Source: the human T2T-CHM13v2.0 reference genome, Homo sapiens. From it: a stretch of 64,000 nt of DNA. A program made the position numbers and the translations under genes. The DNA lies in assembly GCF_009914755.1 (NCBI RefSeq), contig NC_060936.1. The stretch is one strand, 5' to 3'. Every line of letters begins with the position of its first letter. The first letter of the stretch is position 1. The notes under the pieces are model-generated. The model was given only the letters and a program-made list of their open reading frames with translations. It did no database searches and had not been told where the DNA came from. Positions 13,990 through 28,342 of this stretch are shown here, in pieces.

Positions 13990-14105
13990 AAAACAGATTG
14001 GGGGTACAAGTGCATTTTTGTTACACGGATGTATTGGGTGGTGGTGAAGTCTGGGCTTTTAGTGTAACCATCACCCAAATAGTGTACATTGTACCCAACA
14101 GGTAA
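13990..14105 (-). mobile_element. L1 3'-end fragment (L1PB/L1MA-like)
   Basis: GGGGTACAAGTGCATTTTTGTTACA...ACCATCACCCAAATAGTGTACATTGTACCCAACAGG. Confidence 0.7.
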
Positions 14106-15012
14106 GTCCTCATGGCTGGAGCTCTTAAGGTGATACTCAATAGTGCTTGTTGAAATAATGGATAGATCACATAATCTATAACATTATAGGGCAGAATGCA
14201 CACTACGAGGAACCATGAGATATCTCAGTAAGTGAGTGTTAGAAAAGAACCTACAGGATTTAGGTTCATAATAGGTGATTTTGGTTGGGATTTAAGGAAG
14301 CAGAACTTTTTTTTTTTCTACATTGGATATTGTCAGGAAGCAGGGACAATTCTATGATTAGAGATTCTTAATGAACCTCATCTCTAGGCAGGAAGACAAG
14401 AACAGGGCTAAAACCATAACTGGTAAAGCAGCAGCAGACAATCCTATCAGGCAGGATGGGGAGATGTTTGGTGTTTTGGGGGTTTGCACAATGACCTTGT
14501 TTTTGTCAGCACTTAGACAAGATTACCGAGTCACCTTGTTTTTTGTCTCATTTCATAGTTTATAGGGTGGCCTTGTGTGATATTGGTGTTCTATGCAACT
14601 GTGTTTAACAGGAGAATGCAAAGGCCCAGCTGTTGAGTGTCACAGCTTCTAGGCCAGTTTCTAGGTGTCAAGGTCCATTTTCTGTCTCTTACAAGTGTCC
14701 TAAGGCTGGAGTCTAGTGTCAGCACAGAAATAAGCAGGAGAATATCTTTCGGCTACTTGATAGTTCCCTTTTCCCCAGTTCTGGCTATGTATTAGGATGG
14801 ACACTGAACCAAGACAGCACAGGCTGGTAGAGAAGCAGTACTTCTAGAAGTCAACTAAAAAATGCCTTTATTTATCCAAGAATTAATTATCCTCTCAGCA
14901 CATGGCTACCACAGCTAATTTTCAAATGGAGAATGCTGTATATTTTGCATCCTGAATGATAGAACGCACCATTGCCTCAAAGGCCATGTTCAAAAACCTG
15001 CCAAGTCCTTGA

Positions 15013-15373
<361 letters not shown>

Positions 15374-16289
15374 TTAGGCAAGTCTTTTAACTAGCATCCC
15401 AGCATCCTCTGGGACTCTATGGCACCTGTATTCCTCTGTTAACATTCCTTCTATATTGTAATTAATTTATTTTAATCTATCTGCCTGGTTAGACTGTCTC
15501 CCACATATTTGTATCCCCGGAACTTAACAAAGGACTTGGCACAGGCTAGGCTCCCTACAAATATTAAGTGAATTTAAAATGGAGCTTTAATTCCTGGCTT
15601 GAAGTCACCTCACAAAACATTTAGTGAGTCTGTATTACAAGCCAGGAGGACGCTATGAAAAATCAGATAGTCTTTCCCTTTAAGGAATTTGTATTCATTT
15701 CTATTAGAGTTAATAATAATAATGATAATAGCTGATATTTACTAAAGATAGGGAACTTTGTTAGGTACTTTATATGTACCTGAGTTACTGTCATTTTATA
15801 GGTGAAACAAGGGATGTACCCAATGGGTTAAGTTACTTTCCTGAGGTCACGCAGCTATCACGGGGCAGAACGAAGACTTTAACTCAGACAGTCTGACTGC
15901 AGTAACGCTGGCCCAACTATCATGTTGAAACGTACAGCACCGTGCCCATCCACAGTTCTCTCATTTATCAGAGAGGAGGTCCTGAATCCAAGTTATTGAA
16001 ATCGTTGCAGACATTTGTTTTAAAAAGGAATAGGTCAAGATGACCAATCTGGGGAAGAACTTTTGCCAGGCAGTGCGTATGGGGAACAGAGCTGCGTTGG
16101 CCTTCTGTTAAAGCAGCTGGGGATTTCGGTTTTGGCTTCAGACCTGCACAACATTCAGTCAATAGCATTTATTGGGCGTCCACTGTGCAGGGTGCCCCCT
16201 GCTACTTCCTCTCCTCCCCACATCCTGGGGCAGGGAGGGGAAGTGAGGAAAGAAAAGCAAAGACAAGGCGAGGAGGATGCTGAGGGTGG

Positions 16290-17150
16290 GCAGGTGGGCA
16301 CCCCCACCCCGCTGCGCCGGCCACGCCCCTTGCCGCTCCCTCGCCCCGGGGCCCACTTTAAACTCCCGCCCCTCGTAATAACGACCAATGGCCGACCGCG
16401 AAGCGCGCAGGAGGCTGGGGATTGGCCAGTGCCGAGGTTGCTGGGGCGACGGGTGGGTCCGGCGGGTCCCCGGGCGGGGCGGGGCCGGGGCGAGGGGTGC
16501 CGGGTGGTTTCCGCCCGGCAGCCCGCAGCCCGCTGCGCCCCGGGCCGCGTCTCCCGGCGGTGGGAGGGGGCGGCCCCCACTCGGTTCCTGGCCCCTCGCG
16601 GCCCCGTCAGCCTCCCGCTCGGGGTGCGCCGCCCTTCGTCTGGGTCTCCGCCCCCAGGACCCGCGGCCGAGAGCTCCGGAGCGCGGCTTCCCCGGCCGGC
16701 TGCGCGATGGGCTGCGGGAACTCCACCGCCACCAGCGCGGGCGCGGGCCAAGGTGAGTCCGGCGGGAGGCGGGGGCCGGCGGGGGCGGGCGGGAGAGGCG
16801 GCGGGAAGGAAGGGTGCAGGGATCTTGGGTGGGGGGCGCGCAGCCCCCTCTCCCCGTCCCCATTTTCGGGACAGGAGCAGACCGCCCGTTTCTGGAAAGA
16901 CCGAAAGCGTGGCAAGTCCCCCGCGCGGGGGCGGTTGCGCCTGGAGCAGTCGAGCCTGCGGGGCGTCTCTGCCGAGGGAGCGCGGGGAGGACTGTCGCGG
17001 GCTCCCCTGCAGCCGCCGGGGCTCACCTGCAGCTGGCGGGTCTCAGGGCTCTCCTGGGGGAGAGGATTCCCGGACGTGGTCCCCGGCCGCTCCCCCACCT
17101 CCCACACTTGCTCCTCCAGGCCTCTCCCCCATCTCCTCGGAACCAAGGCG
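16290..17150. promoter_or_regulatory. C12orf75: CpG island / promoter of C12orf75
   Basis: Very high GC and CpG density against a CpG-depleted background. CCAAT 16385-16389, ATTGG 16421-16425, tandem GC boxes GGGCGGGGCGGGGC ~16472-16485. Contains the start codon. Confidence 0.93.
16707..16752 (+). CDS. C12orf75: C12orf75 coding exon 1 (MGCGNSTATSAGAGQ + G)
   Basis: Strong Kozak GCGATGG; no other ATG between 16391 and 16706; consensus donor AAG|GTGAGT; phase 1. Confidence 0.96.
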
Positions 17151-17404
17151 CTGCACCTGGAAAAGTGCAGCAGAGCAAGACAGGACTTTTCGGGCAGTGG
17201 TGGTGGGGCAGGAAGCGGGGAAGGGTGGGAGTGGGGTTGGGGAGAACTAGAAGCAGAGCTGCAAAAACGCATCTGTGTCTGCCTTGATGCCGAAGACCGG
17301 CTGGGCTGCTCTTAGGATTTCTCTGAGAAGCTGCAGCAGTAAGGATGTTTTACATATGTGAGACAGAGCTTTATTATTAACAGTCTGTTAAGATACTTTT
17401 CATT

Positions 17405-17405
<1 letters not shown>

Positions 17406-17434
<29 letters not shown>
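17406..17434 (+). repeat. (CA)n microsatellite in intron 1
   Basis: About 14 AC units. Confidence 0.95.
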
Positions 17435-17437
<3 letters not shown>

Positions 17438-18257
17438 TAGAAACTTCTTTTTATACCACTTCATGTTGATTGGCAGGCAAGGTCTTCTAGCTTCCCCGGG
17501 CCAGCCAGGCTTTGTGTCAAGTGACTTTTGCCAAAACTCACCCTTCTATTTCACCCTGCCTATGTCTCGGGATTTAAGGTACCCTGGATCTGTTTTGAGT
17601 AATAACTGCTGACCTATTTCAGTGTCCTTTTGGATAAAGAGCTCCTATCTCCTCCAATTGAAGTCAACCAGATGCCACATCCTAGCCTAACCAGCAAATG
17701 CAAACAGCAGTCAGAGGCTGCGGTATTTCCTAGGCGGCTGTGGAGGCCCTGGCAATGACTTTGTAACCTTGGGCCTGTCACATCCCTTAACCCAGACGCC
17801 GGTAAAAAATGGAGTTTAAGACTCAATTTGAGTCTTGAATTAAATCCTGTCCTGGTGACAATGCAGAGAGCCACAGGAGAGCGAACTTTTTAGATTCATT
17901 TAACAGTGGGGAAGGTTAGTGTAGCACCTTATGCTAATGAGGGCAGACGGGCTTCAAACCTGCCTGTGGCCAGAAAGCTCTGCTTGTATGAAACAATGTC
18001 AGGGCCACACCCCGCACTCAAATTGTGTCTCAGTCTACTAGGTACTGTGGCCGTATGCAATCCACTGCATGTGTAGCCTACTTAAAAAAGGTGAAGAAAA
18101 GTTATCCACATTAAAAAAAATTGTAGGAAGGATTTGTAGCAGATTTCCCTTAAAATGAGGCTAGTTTCATGCATGTACATTTTGATTTATTAATGAACTG
18201 CTTGTCAGTTTTAGGGATGGGGAGGGGGTACCATTGCCAAATGAAAATCAGAATGAT

Positions 18258-18675
<418 letters not shown>

Positions 18676-21310
18676 TTATGAATATTTGATTGACTTTTTC
18701 CCTAGGAGCATCTCTCTTATCACCTAAAGGGAAGTCATATTGAAAAAAAAAAAAAAAGCTACCGAAAGAGTAGTTTGAGGAGCAGCCTCACTTTTGTTTG
18801 TGGACAGTGCATGTGAGAGCATGCTATTCTCTCCTCCAGCTTGCTGTTTGCCAAAAATTACTTTTTGTTCAGAGGAGAGAAGGATATTGAGTGCAGATTC
18901 AAAACATGCAGGAGACAACATGATGAGCAGGGAGTTATTGCATCACCTCTTTGATGGATATGCCCTTGTCTTGGAGAAGCCATTCCCAAACATTTGCCTG
19001 CCTGTGAGTCCACCTGGCTGACTTTGGGATTTGGTCATTGTTATTTTGAAATGTTCTGTCAGTTGGTGTTAGGAATTTAGGTTCAGAGAGGAAATACATC
19101 AGGATGAGAGATGTAAAGAAAAATAAACCACAATGCAAAGGTACTGAAAATCTCAGCTGTGAGCTTGGGCATCAGCGTCAATTGCACTGTTGACCAAGCT
19201 GCACACTAGGAGGACTGAACCCGAGCAATACGAAACGCGTTAAAGAGATATTGTCTTTCTCTTCTAGTTACTTACAGTGCACTACTTCCAATATGTCCCA
19301 GGAGTCATAGAATTCAGTAGCCATACAAACTTTTCAGAAAAAAAAAATGTACAAAGAGATTGTGGAAAGGGTGCTGAACTTAAGAGTCTGGACAGTGAGC
19401 TTAAGCTTAGGTTTGGTGCTGTGCTGTTTGCATTATTGTGGGTGTTTCATTTTACTTTTTTGAATTTTGGTTTCTTTGTTTATATAATGGGAATAATTCG
19501 GTGTATCTTGTTTCATAAGGCTCATGTGAAACTCAAAAATAACATGAAAGCACACTGTAAACTGTAATTATTACTATATAATAATATTATTATCACCATT
19601 TTGAAGGCAAAGTGGTTTTCCTTGAATATTTTTCTATAAGAACATGGCAAATATTTTTTGATGCATTAACATATTATTACAATACCCCTAAATCTGAAAT
19701 CTCCATTCTGAGCCCTGTTTTACTTTTTGAGTTACTCAGGTAAACTGGATAATTGTTTCCCCTTTCCCTGAGATAGCAGGATGGCTGCCTCTCTTGGCTT
19801 TTGTCTGGTGGACTTGGTTAACATGACAGATTGATATGCAGTAGTGTACTTGAGTTAAGTGGATTCCGTATGCCTGATGCATGGAGAAACTGGTATGGAG
19901 TAAAAGGGTCAAGTGGCCATAAGGAGTAGTGAGATGGATCAGCCCCTTGATAATTCTGGGTAGACTTGCCCCTGGAGTATGTTTCTATTAATAACTGTAA
20001 GCTTACACATCGTCCACCCCTATGTGGGACCTCCTCTGCTGGGAACTTCTAGGGCAACGCTGGGGGCAGCCAGCAATGGATGTTTGTAGAATGAAGTCAA
20101 ACTTTGTTGCTCTTGAGAAATTGATAGTCTAGGTAGGAAGATTAAGCAATTGAGAATCACTGCAAAGCAGTGGATAATAGAATATAATCTGGACCTTCAA
20201 GTTTCCAGGAGATATTGAATGACACAGTTAAATCAGAGAAGTCCTCCTGGAGGAGTTGAGCTGGGGGTCTAGATGGAAATGTGAGAGGCATTTTGAGTAC
20301 ACAAAAGCTCTCCACTTTCACATTTTGATATCATCACTCTCTCAAGGTAGGAATTTGATTTTTCCCAACCTGCAACTATATAAAGGATGCAGCATATTTT
20401 TTCTGCATGGTCTGGAGTCTAGACCCCAAATTATGGAGAAACATCGGGATTGAATAGTTCATTTTAAAGTGTCACATTTGTTATAAGGCAGGGAGCTTTT
20501 GCACTCTCGCTCACTCTCACTCTTTCTCTGCAGTCAGATTCTTTACTCACTTGTTTTTCCCCCGAGCATGTCTCCGGACAAGGCAGAGAAATGACCAACC
20601 TTGCATTCTGAGTTAATGATGTCAGCAGGTTGGTCATTCCCTTTTATATAGTCACATTCATATAGACTATGAAGCAAGTCTTTGTAATGTAAATCAGAAA
20701 TTCCTTTTTATGTAAACCAGAAAATCCCTTAAAAGTTTGGATAGTTCCCCATATCTACAGTAGTCTATTTTAATGCAGGCTAAGGCTGTAGAAATTATTT
20801 GCAGCAGGAGTTATCTCAGAAATATTCAGCTCATGATATTTGGTTAAATTGGTTAGTTGAATTTTTTCTGCCAGAGATATGTAATTGGTAACTGATCTTA
20901 ACTTTGCAGGCAACTTACTGTCAGAATGTTTCCATAATAGTTTTCTGCTGTTTATGTAACAATAGTCCGAGGGGGAGGAGCTTGATAATTATTTACCCTA
21001 TTTTATCAGTGTATCCCAGGGAGTTAATACAATCCTTTTGGGCCCAATATTTTAGATTAGTTATGTCCTTGTCCTCAATTAGCTAGATAATTGCATTCTT
21101 TTGAGGTAGCTATATTGGTCCAGGCTTAATTACATCTGTAAATGGTTTGGTAGTATTGAAATGATACAGCTCTGTTTAGCAATAGTGCAAGATTTGTGGG
21201 GGAAATAATATAAAAATAATACAAAATTTTGTTGATATCATTTTTATCTTGCACTACTCCCCTTTCCCCTCAAGTATGTACCATCCTTCTTTCTATTCTT
21301 TAAACATGCT

Positions 21311-21650
21311 GAACTCATTCTTGTTTTCTCTCTGTGGGAAACACTTTTTTGCTGGAGAGCTGATACTATGTTTATTTCTTGTCTCCTTTCCCCTCCCCCA
21401 AATGGAGGCCTCATGAAAGCCTATACATTTTGTTTACGGCTGTATCCTCAGCCTCTAGACTAGTTTCCACATTTTTAATGGAACTCACTCTTGTTTTCTC
21501 TCTGTGTGAAACACTTTTTTGCTGGAGAGCTGATACTATGTTTATTTCTTGTCTCCTTTCCCCTCCCACAAATGGAGGCCTCATGAAAGCCTATACATTT
21601 TGTTTACAGCCATATCCTCAGCCTCTAGACCAGTTTCCACATTTTAAATG
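21311..21650 (+). repeat. 170-bp x2 tandem duplication
   Basis: 21311-21480 and 21481-21650 align with no indels and 8 mismatches by hand count. Confidence 0.97.
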
Positions 21651-21803
21651 GATTTTTTGGTTCTTGAAATATATTTGTTGAATGAATGAGTATATTTGGG
21701 AAACAAAAAAGATTCAAAATGAAGTCCTAAGTTGGTGTGGGCACACTGTACTGATGTAGCAATTGAGTGAAGAAAATAGAACCTCAGGAAGTCAGGGAAG
21801 CCT

Positions 21804-21881
21804 GCATGGAGGAAGTGGAACTTGATTTGGGTTTGAAGAATAGCGTGGAGGAAGTGGAACTTTATTTGGCTTTGAAGAATA
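21804..21881 (+). repeat. 39-bp x2 tandem duplication
   Basis: GC(A/G)TGGAGGAAGTGGAACTT(G/T)ATTTGG(G/C)TTTGAAGAATA occurs twice. Confidence 0.92.
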
Positions 21882-22705
21882 GGTAAGATTTGGATAGCAG
21901 AAAATGGAAGGCAGGTCATTTTTAGTGCTGTAGGAAGTCCTAGAGACAGAAATGGGCTTGGCGCATTTCAGGTTAGTAAGAAGTCTAGCCTGATTGGATG
22001 TAGTCGTTCACATTGGTTGCAGGGTATTGGGAAGAAAGAATGGTTAGGATACGGGACGAGGAGGACAGAAAGGCACTGAGGCCACAGAGTTGAGAGTGGG
22101 CTCTGCAGCTAAAAAGGCCAAGTACAAATCCTACATTTGCCATTCATCATTTGTATGACCTTGGGCAATTTGCTGAGGCTGTCTGTTCCTTAGGTTCCTT
22201 GACCATAAAATGGGGGTGTAATAAGAGAGCCTATTGTAGATTCAGTGAGTTAATGTGTGTAAAGTGTTTAGAACAGTGACTCGTATATTGTAAGTACCCA
22301 ATATACTACTTGTTATCAGTATAGGGAAAGACACAGCTGGTGTAGAAGGAAGGCGTGAGCCACTGAAGGCGTGTACGTATAGAAGTGGCATCATTCACAG
22401 CTGCTGTCTGCGCTCAGAGAAGTGCTGAGGGCCTGGATCATGGCTGTGGGCCCTGAGGGGTAGAAGCGTTGAGGTCACAGATACGTGGAAGACAGTTGAG
22501 CTAAAGAGAGGCTGCAGATGTGGGATGAAGGAAGAGGGAGAGGTAAAAATTAAACTGTTAGAGCCTGGGTAACTGGAAGGAGGTTGCTACTCACTCTAAA
22601 AGTAAGGTAGTAAGGGGCAGGTGATCAACATACTCGACTGTACCATGTTTGAAGTGATGATGAATAAAGAGAGGTGTGGAGACCCCTCTGCTCAGGTAGT
22701 AATCA

Positions 22706-24285
<1,580 letters not shown>

Positions 24286-24321
24286 ATTTTTTGGTTTTTA
24301 CTTGCCTAAAGTATAGCTGCT

Positions 24322-24727
24322 TGTCTTAGTTCATTTTTGTGTTGCTATAAAGGAATACCTGAGACGGGGTAATTGATAAAGAATAGAGGTGTATTTGGCT
24401 CGTGGTTCTGCAGCCTGTACAAGAAGCATGGCACCAGCATCTGCTTCTGCTGAGGGCTTCAGGCTGCTATCATTCATGGTAGAAGGTAAAAGGGAGCCAT
24501 AGTGTGCAGAGATCACATGGCAAGAGTGGAAGCAGTAGAGAGAAGGGAGGGAGGGAGGTGCCAGGCTCTTGCTAATGACCAGCCAGCTCTCATGGAAACT
24601 AATACAGTTAGAGCCCACTTGTTACCACCAGCCATTCATGAAGGATCTGCCCCTATGGCCCAAACACCTCCCATTAGACCCCACCCCCATGAGATTTGGA
24701 GGGGACAAACAAACCAAACTCTAGCAC
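24322..24727 (-). mobile_element. MST (MSTB-like) MaLR LTR
   Basis: TGTCTTAGTTCATTTTTGTGTTGCTATAAAGGAATACCTGAGAC...AAGCATGGCACCAGCATCTGCTTC. Confidence 0.8.
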
Positions 24728-25421
24728 TACTCAACAAGGACGACCTATAAAAATGAGATTTTCTATAAGAGCTTCCATTTTCATTGACATAATTTTATGT
24801 CAATATATAATTTTATATTTCTAGGACACATTGACCTGAATTTTTTTCCTCCATTATTTGAAGAAATCACTTATGAATCTGTATTTTTTTATTGCACTCT
24901 GAAAAATAAGCATTGCTTTGGATGAAGTAATGAGCTGTTGTTCCATTTCTTTTGGCCAAACCAAGACTATGACATAGTTTTATAACTATTGTGGGTCAGA
25001 AGAGCATAGCAAGCTGTCAAAATTAAAGAGAATTTTATTTATTTTTCTGCAGTTATATTTATATAGTTCTCGGAGGGACTGTTTCTTTTCTAAAACAAAT
25101 AAGGAGTAAGACATTCTTGCATGTTTTTATTATTTCCCATAAGAACCATAGGCATTTATGTTTCTGATAATTTATGCTGAAAGAAGAGTGCTTTTTAAAT
25201 CTTCAGTATTTTTTTTTTTTTTTTACAAATTCTTCACATACATAATTTTATTTCGGGTGTGTGTGTGTGTGAATTATCACCACTTGGTTTGAAGAATGTA
25301 ACTTAATATGTAACTTAGCAATTCACTTACCTGTGAATATTTCTAGTATATTTTATAAAGTCTAGAGTCTATATAGTATGGTGGTCATAAAAGGTATTAA
25401 TGGACTAAAATGTATATGACC

Positions 25422-25735
<314 letters not shown>

Positions 25736-25959
25736 CTTGTTTCTTTTAAAAGATAAAAGTATGTTCTTCATAATAGACTTTGGCATTTGGGAGGAAATAC
25801 TCACATCAATAAATGTTTGAATCTGTATAATACTGAAGACATGCTGGACAGTATGATTCATGGTTTTTAATGTATACGACAGGCTGATTAGCTCTCAAAG
25901 GACCATCTGTCTGTAGGAACCAAGATATTGTGTCCATCTACTTAAAATTACTCAATGCA

Positions 25960-26266
<307 letters not shown>

Positions 26267-26439
26267 TTACTCAGTGCAGTATCTTGTAGCTGGCTTGTGT
26301 TATCATTCACGAGGAATAAAGTTCCGTTTGTGTCGTGCATGATACATATATTACATTTAGTTTCCCTCCAGATACTCATTTTGCTCTGTATTTTAAAAGA
26401 GAGTATTTTTTGGAGACAGGGAAGGACAAAGATAAGAAG

Positions 26440-26902
26440 GTCTAGTGGGTTGAATGGTAGCCCCCAAAAAGATATGTCCATGTTCTCTTTTCTGCAGTGA
26501 GTGAATGCAACCTTATTTGGATAAAGGATCTTTGCAAATGTAATAAAGTTAAGGGTTTTGAGATGCGGAGATTATACTAGATTATCTGAGTAGGCTCTAA
26601 ATCCAATGAGAAGGGTGTTTATGAGAGACACAAGATGAGAAGACGGACATAGAAGGGAAGGTGATGTGAAAATGGAGGTGGAGCAGAGATGATGGGGCCA
26701 CAAGCCAAGGAATGCTTGCTGCACCAGAAGCCAGGAGAGGCATGGAATGGGTGCTTCCCTAAGGCCTCTGGAAGGAGTTTGGATCTGCTGAGACCTTGAT
26801 TTTGTACTTCTGGCCTCCAGATCTATGAGTGCATAGATTTCTGTTGTTTAAACCACCCAGTTTGTGGTAATTTGTTACAGCAGCCATGTGAAACGAAGAC
26901 AA
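26440..26902 (+). mobile_element. MLT1 (MLT1C/D-like) MaLR LTR
   Basis: GTGGGTTGAATGGTAGCCCCCAAAAAGATATGTCC...TTGTGGTAATTTGTTACAGCAGCC. Confidence 0.8.
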
Positions 26903-27560
26903 TATTTTTCTGCAGTAGTTCAGAAATGAGACAAAATCAGAATATAAGAAAATGTATTAAACTGTATACCTGGAGTATAAATAATTCTTTGCTTAAATAA
27001 ACACAGCATGATGCAATCTTGGTGTGATTCATAAAGCCCTTCAAGACTGTTCAGAACCTTAACCACTACTAGGACACATACAATTTTTGTATGAAACATA
27101 AAGAATGTCTGAGAGGTTTTTTTTTTCCCCCGTTTCCTGACACCTAATTCTTTGACACCAAGTGTCCTGCAATTCAATTCAATTCTAACACTACCTGGAG
27201 TTAGTGTCAGCCTCCACAGGTTTAGTGGGTCGGTCCCACAAGACTGCCCTCCCTTCAGACTCTAGTTGCAAATATTGCGCTTCCAGGTTGCCACACTTCT
27301 GTCAGCTATAGATTTGGGGGTCTTCACAAATCTCTTCAGGCTCAATGATTTGCTAGAATAGCTCACAGGACTCAGGAGGACACTTTCCTCATGTTTACTG
27401 TTTGATCATAAAGGGTCTGAATGAACAGCCAGTGGAAGAGGTACTTGGGGAAGTCTGGAAGTGTCCCAAGTGCAGAAGCCTCTGGCCCCAGTGGAGTTGG
27501 GCTATACCACAGTCCTGATGGGTAGATAAGTTCACCAACCTGGAAGCTCACTGAATCCAG

Positions 27561-27913
27561 TAATATGGTTTGGCTGTGTCTCCACCCAAATCTCACCTTG
27601 AATTGTAGTAATCCCCACATGTCAAGGGCTGGGCCAGATGGAGGTAACTGAATCATGGGGGTGGTTCCCCCATACTGTTGTCGTGGTAGTGAATAAGTCA
27701 TGAGATCTGATGGTTTTATAAATGGGAGTTCCCCTGCACAAGCTCTCTTGCCTGCTGCCATGTAAGATGTGACTTTGCTCCTCCTTTGTGTTCCACCATG
27801 ACTGTGAGGCCTCTGCAGCCATGTGGAACTGTGAGTCAATTAAGCATGTTTCCTTTATAAATTACCCAGTCTAGGGTATGTCTTTATTAGCAGCATGAGA
27901 ACAGACTAATACA
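27561..27913 (+). mobile_element. THE1-type MaLR solo LTR
   Basis: ATATGGTTTGGCTGTGTCTCCACCCAAATCTCA...AGACTAATACA with perfect 5-bp TSD TCCAG. Confidence 0.9.
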
Positions 27914-27939
27914 TCCAGTTATTTTGAGGTTTTCGTAGG

Positions 27940-28342
27940 TGCTGTGGTTTGAGTGCGTTCCCCAACATGTGTTGGAAATTTAATACCCAATGCAGTAGTG
28001 TTGGGAGGTGGGACCTAATAAGAAGTGATTAGGGCTTGAGGGCTCTGCTCCCATGAATGGATTAATGTGTTTAATCATAAATAAACTGGGGGACGAATGG
28101 AATGGGTTGGTTATTGAGAGAGTGGGCTGGTTATTGAGAGAGTGGGTTGCTGTAAAAGCAAGTTTGGCCCCTTCTTGCGCTCTTGCTGTCTTGCCCTTCT
28201 GCCTTCCCACATGGGATGAAGGAGCATAAAGGCCCTCACCAGATGTGAGCCCCTCAATCTTGGACTTCCCAGCCTCTAGACTGTAAGAAATACATTTTAT
28301 TTTCTTTATAAATTATCCAGTCTGTGGTATTCTATAACAGCA
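27940..28342 (+). mobile_element. MST (MSTC/D-like) MaLR solo LTR
   Basis: TGCTGTGGTTTGAGTG...TTTATAAATTATCCAGTCTGTGGTATTCT...GGACCAAGACA. Confidence 0.75.

Noticed and set aside
16388-16756. Overlapping upstream ORF from ATG 16388
   Set aside because: The ATG is part of the CCAAT box and lies upstream of the GC boxes, so it is probably not transcribed.
16063-17315. Long overlapping ORFs (395, 297, 234, 221 and 198 aa) on both strands
   Set aside because: These are stop-codon depletion artefacts of a CpG island with low-complexity G/P/R/A composition. Only 16707-16752 is supported by Kozak context and a splice donor.
28104-28146. 20-bp direct repeat (TGGTTATTGAGAGAGTGGG)
   Set aside because: It resembles an internal repeat native to MST LTRs and is not locus-specific.
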